Shown here piece after piece: positions 10,737-22,400 of a DNA stretch of 39,930 nt. Under the pieces are notes generated by a model. It was not told where the DNA came from. It saw only the letters and a list, made by a program, of their open reading frames with translations, and did no database searches. Numbering within the stretch: the stretch's first letter is position 1; every line of letters starts with the position of its first letter. Origin of the DNA: Chiloscyllium plagiosum (lineage: Eukaryota); NCBI RefSeq assembly GCF_004010195.1, contig NC_057719.1:48668085-48708014 (forward strand), in the 5' to 3' direction. A program made the translations under genes and the position numbers.

Positions 10737-10905
10737 ATCGTGGAAACAAAGGACTTCATAGAACCTTCCAAACTGTTTTTGGATTAGAGTAAATCATTAT
10801 CCCATTAATTAGATACGCTCCATTGTTCACAGTTTCAGAGTTCATTACCATTTCTATGCCTATCCCTTGATATGATGTCTGGCGGGTGCTGTTTTGTTGG
10901 TCGAA

Positions 10906-11223
10906 TTAGATTAGATTAGATTATTTACAGTGTGGAAACAGGCCCTTCGGCCCAACAAGTCCACACCGCCCCGCCGAAGCGCAACCCACCCGTACCCCTA
11001 CATTAACCCCTTACCTAACACTACGGGCAATTTAGTATAGCCAATTCACCTGGTCCTGCACATCTTTGGACTGTGGGAGGAAACCAGATCACCCGGAGGA
11101 AACCCACGCAGACACGGGGAGAATGTGCAAACTCCACACAGTCAGTCGCCTGAGGCGGGAATTGAACCCGGGTCTCTGGCGCTGTGAGGCAGCAGTGCTA
11201 ACCACTGTGCCACCGTGCCGCCC
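10906..11223 (-). mobile_element. HE1 SINE (tRNA-derived V-SINE), full length, young
   Basis: Minus strand: A box tggcacagtgg, B box ggttcaattcc, V-domain gtgtggagtttgcacattctccccgtgtctgcgtgggtttcctcc, HER1-like 3' end and (AATCT)n tail. CpGs retained. Confidence 0.95.
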
Positions 11224-13574
11224 ACCAATGAGAATTGTCTCATACTTCTGAGGATCTCTGTTCCCAGAAGAAGGTGTCCTTATCCCGGTAGTCCTGCTGG
11301 GAAATCCTGCCTGCACAGATTCCAGGTTGACCAGTTTCTCACAAAAGGCCATTTTCTTTCAGTCTTTCCTTTTAAAACTGGGGATTGCCCTGAAACTGCT
11401 ACGGCTGGGCAAGTAGTTGAAGTGTCAGTGGGGAAGGATTTTGCAGACAGTGATCACAACTCCATTCAATTCATGGATTGTAATGGACAAAAGTAATAAT
11501 GGGCCTAAAATTAAAGTTCTCATCTGGGGGAAAAGAGTGATTTTAATAAGATCAGATATGATTTAGCCAGAGTTGACGAGGAGCAGATAATTTTAGGTAA
11601 ATCTGTGACAGAGCAATGTTATACATTCAAGAAGGAAATAGGGAGATTACATGACCAGCATGTTCCAATAAAGATAAATGGTGGGACGAACAAATCCAGT
11701 GAACCCTGGATGTCAAGGGATAAGGAGATATAGAAAGGTTTATGGTAGATAGCAAGGTCTCAAAATAGCAGAAGCCCTAGAAGAGTACAAAATGTGTAAG
11801 TGGAAACTTAATAAAGAAATTAGGAGAGCAAAAAGGGGACATGAAAGAATAATGGCTGGCAAAATATTTTAAAAATTCCTTAGTTACTTTGCAAGTACAT
11901 TAAAGGTAAAAGGCTACCTAGGGGAAGAGTTGGGCCCGTTAAGGACCACAGTGGAATTCATGCATGGAGCCAGGGGACGTTGGTAAGATTCTAACTGAAT
12001 TTCAGAATAAACATTTGTGTCACTGTTCTCTAGTGAGAGGGATGATTTAAGTCTATAAATCAGGGAAAAGAAATGTGAGACAATTAAATAAATTAGCATG
12101 GATAGTGACAAGGTTCGGGCTGGTCTGGCAGGCTAAAAAGTACATAAATCTCCAGGGCCAAATGAAATGCATCCCAAGCACTTGAGTGAGGCAAGGGACG
12201 AAATAGCAGAAGCGCTGGCAATAATTTTCAATTCTGCTCTGGCCACAGGAGAAGTGCCAGAGGGATGGCAGCCAGCCAATGTGCTATTGTTATTTAAGAA
12301 GGGAGGAAATGGGTTAAACAGGTCAGTCAGTCTAACCTCAGTGATAGGGAAATTATTGGAAGTAATTTTGAGACAATTAATCTGCACTTGGAGAGGCATG
12401 GATTAATCAATAACAGTCAGCATGGTTTTACTAAGTGGTGGTCATGTCTAGCCAATTTGATTGAATTTTTCAAAGTGGTAACTAGGTATGGAGATAATAG
12501 CAAGCACCTGCACTTCAGGAGGTTTTGATAAAGTCCAACATATGAGATTGATGAAAAAAGTAAAGGCCCATGCAATCTAAGGACATTTGACTAATTGGAT
12601 TCAGAATTGGCCGAGTGGCAGGAAGCAGAGGGTGATGATGGAGGGTGTTTTGTGATTGAAGTCTGTGTCCAGTGTGGTTCCGAAGGGATTAATGTTGGGG
12701 CTCTTGCAATATATATAAACAAGTTAGACTTGAATGTAGGAGGATTGATCCATACGTTCGTGAAAATTAATGGGGAGGTAAATAATGAGGAAGATAACCT
12801 GAGAATACACGAGGATATAAATGATCTGTTCAGATCGGCTAATCAGTGGCAGATTGAATTCCATGTGGATAAATGTGAGGTTCTGCACGTTTGGGCATGA
12901 TAAACAATGCAAGAGAATACATGATGAATGGTAGGGAACACCAGCAAAGGAGATACCTATTGGTAGCTAGACAGGTGGATTAGACAAGTAATTAAGAAGG
13001 CATATGTGAAACTTGCCTTTATTAGACAAGGTAGACAATTTAAGATTAGGGAGGTTAGGTTGAAAGTATATGAAATCCATATTATCGGGGGATGTGATTG
13101 CACTAGGAAGGATGCAAAAGAGATTTACCAGGATGTAGCCTGGGTTGGCAAGTTTTAGTTAAGAAGTGAGTTTGAATAGATAGGGGTTGTTTTCTTTGGA
13201 GTAGGGGCAGGCATCATTGATATGTATAAAGTTGTGAAAAGCATAGTCATGGTCGACAGGAAGGAACTTTACCCTTTGATGGAGGGATCAATAACCATGT
13301 GGCATAATATAAGGTGAGGGCCAGAGGTTTACAAGGAATGAGAGGAATACTTTTTCACTTGGGATGGTGGAAATCTGGAACTCACCGCCTGTAAGGTTGG
13401 GAGAGATAGGAACATTCATAAGATTTAAGAAGTATTTTGATGCACACTTGTGATTCCAAGGTATACAAGTCATAGGACAAGTGTTGGGAAATGGAATTAG
13501 AATAGCTAGGTAAATATTTTTGACTGGCACAGACTTGATGGTCAAAGAGCATTTTTCTATTTTGCAGACTTCTA

Positions 13575-14448
13575 TGTGATGATGCTGCTCCTTTAACAAA
13601 GTTGTGTTCGATTAGATTAGCTTACTTACAGTGTGGAAACAGGCCCGTTGGCCCAACAAGTCCATACCAATGCTCTGAAGAGCAACCCACCCAGTCCCAT
13701 TCCCCTACATTTATCTCTTCACCTAACACTACGGGCAATTTAGCATAGCCAATTCACCTAACCTACACATTTTTGGACTGTGGGAGGAAACCAGAGGAAA
13801 CCCGCGCAGACACGGGGAGAATGTACAAACTCCACACAGGCAGTTGCCCGAGGCAGGAAACTTTTTCTTCAGAGAGGTCATAAAGCAGAGGTTCTGATAT
13901 ATCCGGAAATGTCTATTAGATAAAGCTTTTAAGTGTTTTTTTTTAAAGAAACACTAGTTTAATGAAAGGGAAGTGGCCAGTTCTCCAGTTCAGGGTTTGA
14001 TTTGGTTTTGTTTTACCAAGCTGTTTCGTTTGCAGCTGCTGGTCACGTTTTAGCTAGAAACCAGAGAGGCTGCTGGGGACCCAAAGAAGCTGTTCCATGT
14101 CGATCCTCTCTCTCTGACATCTCTCCTATAAGAACCTGTGTTTGATTTTACCTTTTTTGCCAAGGGGGTGTTTATGGGGATGTTGCAAGTATTTGGAACA
14201 GCATCATTAAGTTGCGATAGAGTTGATTGGGTTTTCAGATCGGGTAAGTTATTATAAATTCAGTTCTCTCTTGTACATGTTTTGTTCCATAGTCTGTAAA
14301 TAAATTCTGTTTTGTTTAAAATGGAGTGGTTGGGCCAGCTGCATCACTCCTGGAATATTCATGTTACACCTGTTTAAAACAACCAGCAAAGTTAGGGTCT
14401 CAGCTACTTTCTTGAGGTGCTTGAGAGAGTCTGGCACCATCCATAACA
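13575..14448 (+). mobile_element. Solo LTR inserted in the CR1 tail repeat
   Basis: tgtgatga...ccataaca termini. Perfect TSD tcta at 13571-13574 and 14449-14452. AATAAA at about 14299. Confidence 0.85.
13611..13860 (-). mobile_element. HE1 SINE, 5'-truncated, nested in LTR
   Basis: Matches 10906-11160 and lacks the tRNA A-box end. Confidence 0.93.
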
Positions 14449-14458
14449 TCTATGACTC

Positions 14459-15335
14459 AAAACTTTATTGGCAAGTCATCATTAGCAATTCATCTCTTTA
14501 TCCAGTAATTAAAGAATTATTTACAATCTTTGGAAAACCTGTTGAAGAAGATTCACTATTTAGTACAATTGAAGTGACTGAATAATTTAAAACACTGAGC
14601 ATTAAAATCAGCAACACCTAAAAAATATCCTGCAACAGCTTTCAAGTAAATCAATCTTGTAACAGGAACTGCAAGTTCCAGGTAGAACATTGCTCAATGC
14701 AAAAGGAATTTTGTGAATACTCTTAAAATACAGAGACCATTACTACTTGAAACAGATCTATGTCATCGGAAACTAATACTTCTGAGCAGATTTCATGCTT
14801 CCACTGTTAAAATTCTAAAGCATGCCAAATAAACTCAATCAGCTCAGAACCCAAATGCCAGTGATCAGCATAACTCTCCACAACAAGAGGATAACTCCGT
14901 AGTCCTCAAATCTGTGTGCTGAACCTTAGCCACTTCAGATTAATTACATAGGTATCCAACAATTTTTCATGACTGAATAATTCCTCCAAAGCAATAAAAT
15001 CAACACTATCTTTTGATCACTCAGTCATTTTCGAATCACATGCATCTTCAGAATCTGATTAGTGGATACTCTTGACACCAGAACCAGCAGAAGTTAGTGG
15101 TAAACTCCTGATACAGTTAATTCAGCTGTTTAGAAGACATAGTAAAAAAAAAAAGCACAGTCAGTTTTACTGTCTATGATTGAACCTGACAAAATGATGA
15201 GGTTATTCAAAAAGAATACAAGTAAGGCTAACATGTTCAAGTACTTCATCACAGTATTGAAAGAAGATTAATTCTTTCAGACACACAATTGTCTTCTCTG
15301 ATACAATGTATGAAAATGAAAGATTCCCCAAGGGA
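14459..15335 (+). pseudogene. Highly decayed hAT transposase, C-terminal part
   Basis: With frameshifts: FK*INLVT-ELQVPGR-IAQCKRNFVNTLKIQR (about 14640-14737) resembles 'INLVSKELQ..D....L....R'. SIERR and DTMYENERF (15255-15326) resemble the dimerisation motifs 'SAERSF' and 'STMSQERL'. Confidence 0.5.
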
Positions 15336-16214
15336 AACAAATGTTCAGCAGTGAACATCAACACTAGAACACATGCTCAGCAAAGAGCATCCCGGAAATA
15401 AAAGCTGCACCAAAATTCCAGTCTGGCAACAAACTGAACCTGAATGTTTCATCTGCAAGCAGCAGACTTTCAACCCAACCAAGCTGTCAATCTTTTTTAA
15501 TACCAAAAGCTCTGGGGGAAATGGGCTTGTGATAAAACTACTTATTTGAAACAATTGTATCAAGATTTTAAAAACCGGAAAAAAACTTGGGGGAGATGTT
15601 GTCTTAGGCAATTCGGATCTGAGTGGGTTTACTGGCATCATGAGATTAGCTCCACCCAATAGCTCATAAATGATTGTTCCTAATGAGAGCTAGCAAGAGT
15701 TGTTAGAGATCTCTGCTTATTTTCAGTAGTGTGTGAGAATCCTTTTACAGCAGTAATGCAAGTTTCTTTTAAGCCTGATGTCTCATGTGAAACTGTCATG
15801 TATCTCAGATGTAATAGAACTAGCTACTAATTAATACGGGACAAACCTAATACATTTAATCAAGATTGACCCTATCTTGTTCCGAAAATGTCATGAGGAT
15901 ATCATTCTCCACCACAGTATAAATAGCCCAGACTAATACCAAAAAGAAAGATTGTTGGCAGTGAATCTACCTGAGACATTCCAGTTGATTCAAGCATAAA
16001 TTAGCATATATAAGACTGAATGCCTCCGAGTTTAATTTGGGGACTGGCTTAGCTACACATGTATAGGTAGATTCCTTCACTATGATGAAACAGCACAGTC
16101 CCATTAATCCTGGACCTTCTAGTCTTGGCTATTCTCATGAAATATGAAATTATTTATACTCATTCCTCACAGGACACAGAGCTGCAGAGATCCACCTTTT
16201 GCAAAAGATCATCA

Positions 16215-17373
16215 GACTTCAGTAAGGCATTCGACAAGTTTCCTCATGGAAGGCTGATTAGCAAGGCTACATCACATGGAATACAGGGAGAACTAGCCAT
16301 TTGGATACTGAATTGGCTTGAAGGTAGAAGGTGGTGGTGGAAGGTTGCTTTTCAGACTGGAAGCCTGTGACCAGTGGTGTGCCACAAGGATCGGTGCTGA
16401 GTCCACTGTTTTTCATCATTTATATAAATGATTTGGATGTGAACATAGGAAGTATGGTTAGTAAGTTTGCAGATGACACCAAATTTGGAGCTGTAGTGGA
16501 CAGCATAGAAGGTTACCTCAGAGTGCAACAGTACTTTGATCAGATGGGCTAATGGACCGAGGAGTGGCAAATGGAGTTTAATTTAGATTAATGTGAGGTC
16601 TGAGTTTTGGAAAAGCAAATCAAGCAGGACTTATATACTTAATGGTAAGATCCTGGAGAGTGTTGCTGAACAAAGAGACCTTGGAGTGTAGGTTGATAGT
16701 TGCTTGAAAGTAGGATAGTGAAGAAGGCAGTTGGTATGCTTGCTTTATTGGTCAGAGTACTGAGTATAGGAGTTGAGAGGTCATATTGTGGCTGTACAGG
16801 ACACTGTTAGAACACTTTTAGAATACTGTGTGTAATTCTGGTCTCCGTCTTAATGGAAGGATGTTGCAAAACTTGAAAGGGTTCAGAAAAGATTTAGAAG
16901 GATGTTGTTAGGGTTGGAGTTTTGAGTTAAACAGAGAGGGTGAATCGGCTGGGGCTGCTTTCCCTGAAGCATTGGATGGTGAAGGGTGACCTTGTTACGG
17001 TTTATAAAATCATAAGGGGCATGGGTAAGGTGAATAGTCAAGACCTTTTCCCAGGTTAGGGGAGTCCAAAACTAGATGGCATAGGCTTTAGGTGAGAAGA
17101 CAAAAACTTTAAAAGGGATCTAAGGGGCAACTTTTTCATACAGAGGGTGGTGCACGTATGGAGTGAGCTACCAGAGGAAGTGGTGGAGGCTGGTACAATT
17201 ACAACATTTAGAAGGCATCTGGATGGGTGTATGAATAAGAAGAGATTAGAGGGATATGGGCCAAATTCTGGGAAGTGGGACGAGATTAATTTAGGATATC
17301 TGGTCAGCATCAATGAGTTGGACCAAAGATTCTATTTCTATGCTGTACAGCTCTATTACTCTATGACTCTATG
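16215..17373 (+). mobile_element. HER1/CR1 LINE, 5'-truncated in RT
   Basis: DFSKAFDK, GVPQGSVLSP, SKFADDTK and VWSELPEEVVEAG motifs; tail actctatgactctatg; many frameshifts. Confidence 0.95.
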
Positions 17374-17469
17374 TGACAGCTTGGAAGGTTCCAGTTGGAG
17401 AAAAATTAAGCTCTATTCTGGCTGTGACTGCCACAGGGAACACAGTCTAGACTATGCTACGAGAGCACA

Positions 17470-17576
17470 GCAATTCAGGCAGCATCCAACGTCGGATGCT
17501 GCCTGAATTGCTGTGCTCTTCCAGCACCACTGATCCAGAATCTGGTTTCCAGCATCTGCAGTCATTGTTTTTACCC
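17470..17576 (+). mobile_element. Micro-PLE insertion with 5' inversion and 18-bp TSD
   Basis: PLE terminal sequence ggatgctgcctgaattgctgtgctcttccagcacc...ccagcatctgcagtc preceded by its own inverted copy. ctatgctaYgagagcaca at 17452-17469 and 17577-17594. Confidence 0.8.
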
Positions 17577-19293
17577 CTATGCTATGAGAGCACACATCAT
17601 TGTAATGACCTCCTTTATAAAGCACCTCTTCCACATGTACTCTTCATGCCAGGAGAGTGCTCTGAAGACCTAGAATGGATTAAGCCTTATCATAGCTCTC
17701 CTGACCTCCAATCCTGCAGCAACTACTCTGCGCCAGCATTCCCTTATCTACTTCAATTCCTCGGCCAAACCAAAGGAAATTCTCAGTGATGACCAGTATT
17801 CCCTTTCTTCTGGTAACTCTTATAAGATGTTCAATAGTATTAGGCAGTATTAAATAGAATTGCCTCCATTGTGTTAGAATGTTTATAATCTTAGATGTGG
17901 AATCTATTCAAGCTCTCTTAAAATAGGTGCAATCTGTAATTTTTCAACTCACTGAGCCAAAATCTCTCTTTTGAATGCCTACTAATTCTGTATTTATGTG
18001 GGAATGTTCATTCTCGGGGACTACCTTATGTTTTAGTGGCCTATTCAGAACAGGACATCTTGTAACTGTGTTACCATTTTTCTATATGTGGTTTTTGCAT
18101 TACAATGACCAGATATAGTTGGTTGAATGATTCGCCTCTACAGTAGAGGCAAATAACACTATTGAGCAGCATTTCTGCTATTGACATTAATTGTTAGAAA
18201 TTGTGAATATCTTTGTGAGCAACTTGCTCACCAAGCTTCTCTAAAATTAGCACAAATTGAACTTGCAAAGATGTACTTAGAGGAGTTTCCTCAAATCTGT
18301 TTCTGGGCTCCAGTTCCCAGCTTTGGCAATGGGCCAACGCTTTGATGACAGGTTAACTCAGCAATTTAACTGTTGTCTTTTTTGTAATTTTATATTGCCA
18401 AAGAATAGCATGACAATTAGGCTGTATCTCTTGGATCCTACTTTTGTTGGATTCATTATTTTCCTGACTGCTGGACAGCCTAACTCTCCCTGACAAATGA
18501 TTTGATTCTGCAAAGGTTTTTCCACATTAAATTCAATACTAAGGTGCCAAAGCCAGCAATAGGATAATGGATTGTGACTCATTCCAACCAGTTTATTTTT
18601 ATTTATGATACCCACAGAGAATTGTATAGCATCATTATCTGTAAATCAAAATGGCATCTTGCAGAACCATCCAGAATGATGAATAATACTTTTGTGTAAC
18701 TATTTGTTGTATGCTGTGATTTGAGAATCAATGTTGAAGGGAATAATTGGTAAAGCATTTTTCCTATTGTCCCTTAGGATGAGTCACGAGATAAGTGAGC
18801 TTGCATTTGAATTATACCGACATCAATGTGATACAACAGTGCAAGGTGCTCATATCAGGTGTTTCTGGAACTAATGCTGGAAATCTGAACTGAAAATTGA
18901 TTGAATTGAATTTATTAGCTGTAAATTCATTGTGTAGGTAGATGTTCTCCACATTTATGCATGCCATGATTTTAAATTGTCATGGTTTATCTTGACAAAG
19001 ATGTCTGAGGAATTGAATGGTGTTGACATATTACTCATCAGATTGCATGAAAGTTGAGTTTGTTTACTCTTCCTGTGCTGGGCCGTTGATGAATACTGTC
19101 CAGGTTATTTTGAGAAGAAGTAAAACTGACACCATGTGAGTATTATGCTATAACCCCTAGTTTGGTTTCATACTGCAATCTTGAATTACTGACTACCTGC
19201 ACAATGATTTGAATACACTGTGAAATGCTAAAAGGAATCCTGCAGGTTTAGGACTCAAGTGCTGATTCGGAGCAATTTTCCTAAAGTGAAATG

Positions 19294-19899
19294 GTGACAA
19301 TACTATGGCTTTAAGAGATGTATTTTGTCCTGGTTGTCTTTATGAAAAGAGGTTGAGACAGAGGTACTGAGCGGTCTGTTCCAACCAATAAAGTTAACAG
19401 CTTGTGAGGCATTGGGGTTTTTTTAAAGTTGGAATGATGAAACAGCATGAAGGGGTTGGGGTCAAGGTCCTGTAGAACCAGGATTTTAGTTTAACTTTCA
19501 GTAGTTGTTGATGTTTGAAAGTTGCTATACATCTCTCCCTGCTATAGCAAAATGCTTGAATTCTCTCTCTCTCAGAATTTTCTCTTGATGTTTTTTCCTC
19601 CTGGACTGGAGAAACATTGCATGTGAGACAATCTATTTTACTGAATTTACCTCTGTCAAGTTTGCGTTAATGGGATGTTACTACAGCGGAACAGTTGCTG
19701 TTCAGTAAGTAAATAATCTATTATTCTATGAAGTTTTCCAATAAAGTTAAGTCATTCCAATTCTTCTTTATTTTGTTTGTTTCTTAGCTATAGTGTAAGA
19801 ATAAAGTGTGTTTTGCTTCAGATCTAGTAGTTTGACCAATCCAATAACATCCGGAACACAATACCTTACACTTGACTTTAAAAATAAGAAAACATTGGG
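19294..19899 (+). mobile_element. Solo LTR, 3'-truncated, related to 13575-14448
   Basis: Collinear similarity to the 13575 LTR at the 5' end (ctttaa..gt.tt..agagg..agagg) and around AATAAA (aataaagtgtgttttgcttca vs aataaattctgttttgtttaa). Confidence 0.65.
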
Positions 19900-20442
19900 C
19901 AGAAACTGAACTGGATTGGCAACATAAATGCTATAGTTACAAAAATCGGCCAGATGTTGGGAATATTGCAGTGAGTAATTTACCTCCTTTCTCTCCAGTG
20001 CCTGTACACCAGCTACAATGTACAAGTCAGCAATATAATGGAATGGTCTCCACTTGTCTGGATGTGCGCAACTCAATCAATGCTACGAAATTCAACAACA
20101 TCCAGGACAAAGCCATCTGCTTGATTGGCACCACATTCACCACCTTCAATGTTCACTCCTTCCACCACCATTGTGTGTACCATCTACAAGGTGCACTGAA
20201 ACAACTCATGACATGTCATTCCACAGCACTTTCTAAACTCTTGACCTCAACCACCGAGAAGGCCAATGGGATGCAGATGCATGGAAACATTATCATCTGA
20301 AAGTAACCCTTTAAAACAAAACACTATCCTGACCTACAATTATGTCACTGTTCCTTCACTGTCACTGGTTTGAAATCTGGGAACTTCCTTCCTAACAGCT
20401 AGCCGAACCAGTGAAACCCACTTCCCATGAATGAATTCAAAA
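19900..20442 (+). mobile_element. 3' end of the SINE-headed CR1/L2-group LINE
   Basis: KFNNIQDKAICLIGT..NVHSFHH translation and tail cccacttcccatgaatgaatt. Confidence 0.8.
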
Positions 20443-20443
20443 A

Positions 20444-20677
20444 GGTCACATGTAGGCTAGACCTGGTAAGGACAACAGATTTTCTTGTCTACAGGACGTT
20501 AATGAACCAAATGATAGTTTTATGGTCACCATTGTTGTCTTTATATTTCCGATTTATTAACTAAATTCAAATTCCACTAAATACTAGGATAGGAGTTTTA
20601 CTCATGTCCCCAGAATTTTTGTCTGGGCCTCTCAATTACTCATTCAGTGACATTGTCACTCGACCATGGCTTCCCCC
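20444..20677 (-). mobile_element. tRNA-derived head plus Meta-like domain
   Basis: Reverse complement aligns with 28174-28410 (tggttcattaacgtcctgtagacaagaaaatctgttgtccttaccaggtctagcctacatgtgac). Confidence 0.75.
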
Positions 20678-20895
20678 GAAAGTGGGTGCTGCTTTGTTTG
20701 CTCTCATTTTCTTGTTGTGTCATCCCTCCTCCAGACCACTAATTACTAACACAGTTTATTGAATAATACAAAATATAAAAGTTGGAACATATTATAAAAC
20801 AAAATCTCTGACAGAATCAGAAGAAGCACATGAATTTACAGGATGGCAGTCGGCCCTTTGGCTCATTGTGTCCAGGTTGGGCTGATGAGGAGCCA

Positions 20896-20994
20896 AGAGA
20901 AAATCAGGACTACAAATGCTGGAGATCAGAAACAAAATGTGTGGAAAAAGCACAGCAGGTCAGGCAGCATCCAAGGAGCAGGATCCAGGAGCAG
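20896..20994 (-). mobile_element. Micro-PLE terminal fragment with 12-bp TSD
   Basis: Reverse of ctcctgctccttggatgctgcctgacctgctgtgcttttt..ctgatctccagcattt. gatRaggagcca at 20884-20895 and 20995-21006. Confidence 0.75.
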
Positions 20995-21274
20995 GATAAG
21001 GAGCCATCCAGTCTTAACCCCACTTACCAGTCCTCGGTCTGTAGCTTTGTGAGTTACAGCACTTTAAGAGTATATCTAAAATAAATACTATCAGGATTTC
21101 TGCCACTCTTATCTTTTCAGGTGGTAAGTTCCAGATACCCACCTGAGCACCCTCTGGTGATTTTGCTGTTCCTCAGATCCCTTTTAATTCCCCTACCATA
21201 AATCCATATCCCTGGTTATTGACCACTAACTAAGAAGAATAGGGCAATTCATTCTATTTTTTTCTTGATCATCT

Positions 21275-21592
21275 TTCCATGCCTAGAGATGCACGACACA
21301 GACAAAACACAAGCTTACAATTGTCTCCATATCTTGTTTCCTCCGGAACAAATTGCTAGTTTGTCACCAGGGATTACAGTTTGAGGGCCAGCACTCCACA
21401 TGGAGCATGATCAATCAGGAGGCTCTCCTGGCACCTGTAATCAAGTACAGTGGAAGGATTTACAAAGAAAAAATGACCATCAATCTGATTGTCTGCATTA
21501 TGAATGAACCTTTTGTGGCCATCAAGTTCTTTGGTGATGTTTAAACCCAGACTCAGAGGTCAGGACACTACCCATTCTGTCACAGGATCTTC
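21275..21592 (-). mobile_element. Unclassified old insertion, probably a tRNA-derived SINE
   Basis: Interrupts the CR1. Its right end (tttaaacccagactcagaggtcaggacactacccattctgtcaca) resembles a reversed tRNA head. Confidence 0.4.
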
Positions 21593-22231
21593 CCTGTGCT
21601 ATTTATACCCTTGTAATTTTATACACATCAATTAGGGCTCTCTTCAGCCTTCTCTGTTTCAAAGGAAATAACCCTAGCCTGTTTATAAACATAAACTGAT
21701 TTTGTTGTTATCCAATCTTCCCTCATAACTAACATTTTCCAGTCCAGTAAAGATTCTCGTAAATCACTCCTGCACCCTCTCAAGTGTGTTTGCATCTTTC
21801 CTGGTGACCGAAAATACACAAAATATTCCAACTGTGGTCTAACTATTTTTGTACAGGTCCAGCTAAATCTCTCAGCTCTGATAATCTATGCCTCACCTGT
21901 GTAAAGTAATCATCCCATATACCATCTTGACTATCTTAGGTACTTGTCCAGCTATCTACAGGAATCTATGAACATGCATTCCAAGGTCTTTCTGTTCTTC
22001 TACACTTCTGAGTATCCTATTGTTCATTGTGGATATTGCTTTGTCTTTGTGCCTTTCCGAAAAGCATTAACATTCTTTGAATTAAATTCCCTGAACCTCT
22101 TTGTTTTGGAGTAGAATTCATTTAGCAATGCAAAACTCGATTAATTATTGTCCATTTTCCTCTGCCTTCCAAACATGCTTACTGATTTCAACTTTACTTT
22201 CTCTTTTGAATCTCCTATAAGGTTTCCATCC

Positions 22232-22400
22232 TTCACTAGATTAAATTACTCCCCCTCCCCCCACCACCACCCCCGCCAACAGCACTAGCGAAGCCCTCTG
22301 AAAGGACATTAGTCTTGGTCCCGTTGAAATGCAATTGATCTGACTTATAGAGGTCCCACCTTCTCGAGGATCAGTCCCATTCCCTCAAGAATCCAAAGAC
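22232..22400 (-). mobile_element. CR1 ORF1 esterase C-terminal fragment
   Basis: Minus translation FGFLREWD*..RWDLYKSDQLHFNGTKTNVLSEGFASAVG contains the SGNH DxxH block. Confidence 0.75.

Larger units (their letters stand above)
9722..11403 (-). mobile_element. Solo LTR (ERV/Gypsy-like) inserted in the CR1 APE domain; contains an HE1 SINE and possibly a second LTR
   Basis: gctg at 9718-9721 and 11404-11407. Termini tgcagaag / ctgctacg are a degenerate TGTAGCAG..CTGCTACA pair. The CR1 reads ...aagctgggcaagtagttgaagtg across the site. Minus-strand TATAAA at about 9885 and AGTAAA at about 9742. Confidence 0.7.
8238..13574 (+). mobile_element. Near full-length decayed CR1/HER1-type LINE (ORF1 esterase, ORF2 APE-RT) with nested insertions
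   Basis: ORF1 SGNH-esterase remnant RAIAVENSIVRG.DR.FC..HCLPGASVRDV at 8355-8480 and WCSREGFRFLGHWD at about 8900. APE start ARSLMNKADEL at about 9205. KSPGPNEMHPK..WQPANV..LFKKG at 12145-12305. RT remnants to about 12900 and 3' tail to 13574, with the last tail unit at 14449-14458. Confidence 0.9.
20812..22095 (-). mobile_element. Old CR1 LINE 3' part, interrupted at 20896-20994 and about 21270-21595
   Basis: Minus strand shows RPQLEYFVYFRSP-like and L.DVYKI-like remnants (21610-21840) and a CR1 3' stem region (ggccctttggctc) near 20850. Confidence 0.7.

Noticed and set aside
14459..14585. ELFTIFGKP as a mononegavirus L-protein GHP motif (endogenous virus)
   Set aside because: Single weak motif; the surrounding sequence fits a hAT transposase better.
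4611..17380. Two HER1 tails both followed by ctatgtgacagc (4611-4622 and 17369-17380)
   Set aside because: The first bases belong to the tail repeat, and at 4616 the rest fits the adjacent LINE's APE sequence. Two cases cannot establish a target preference.
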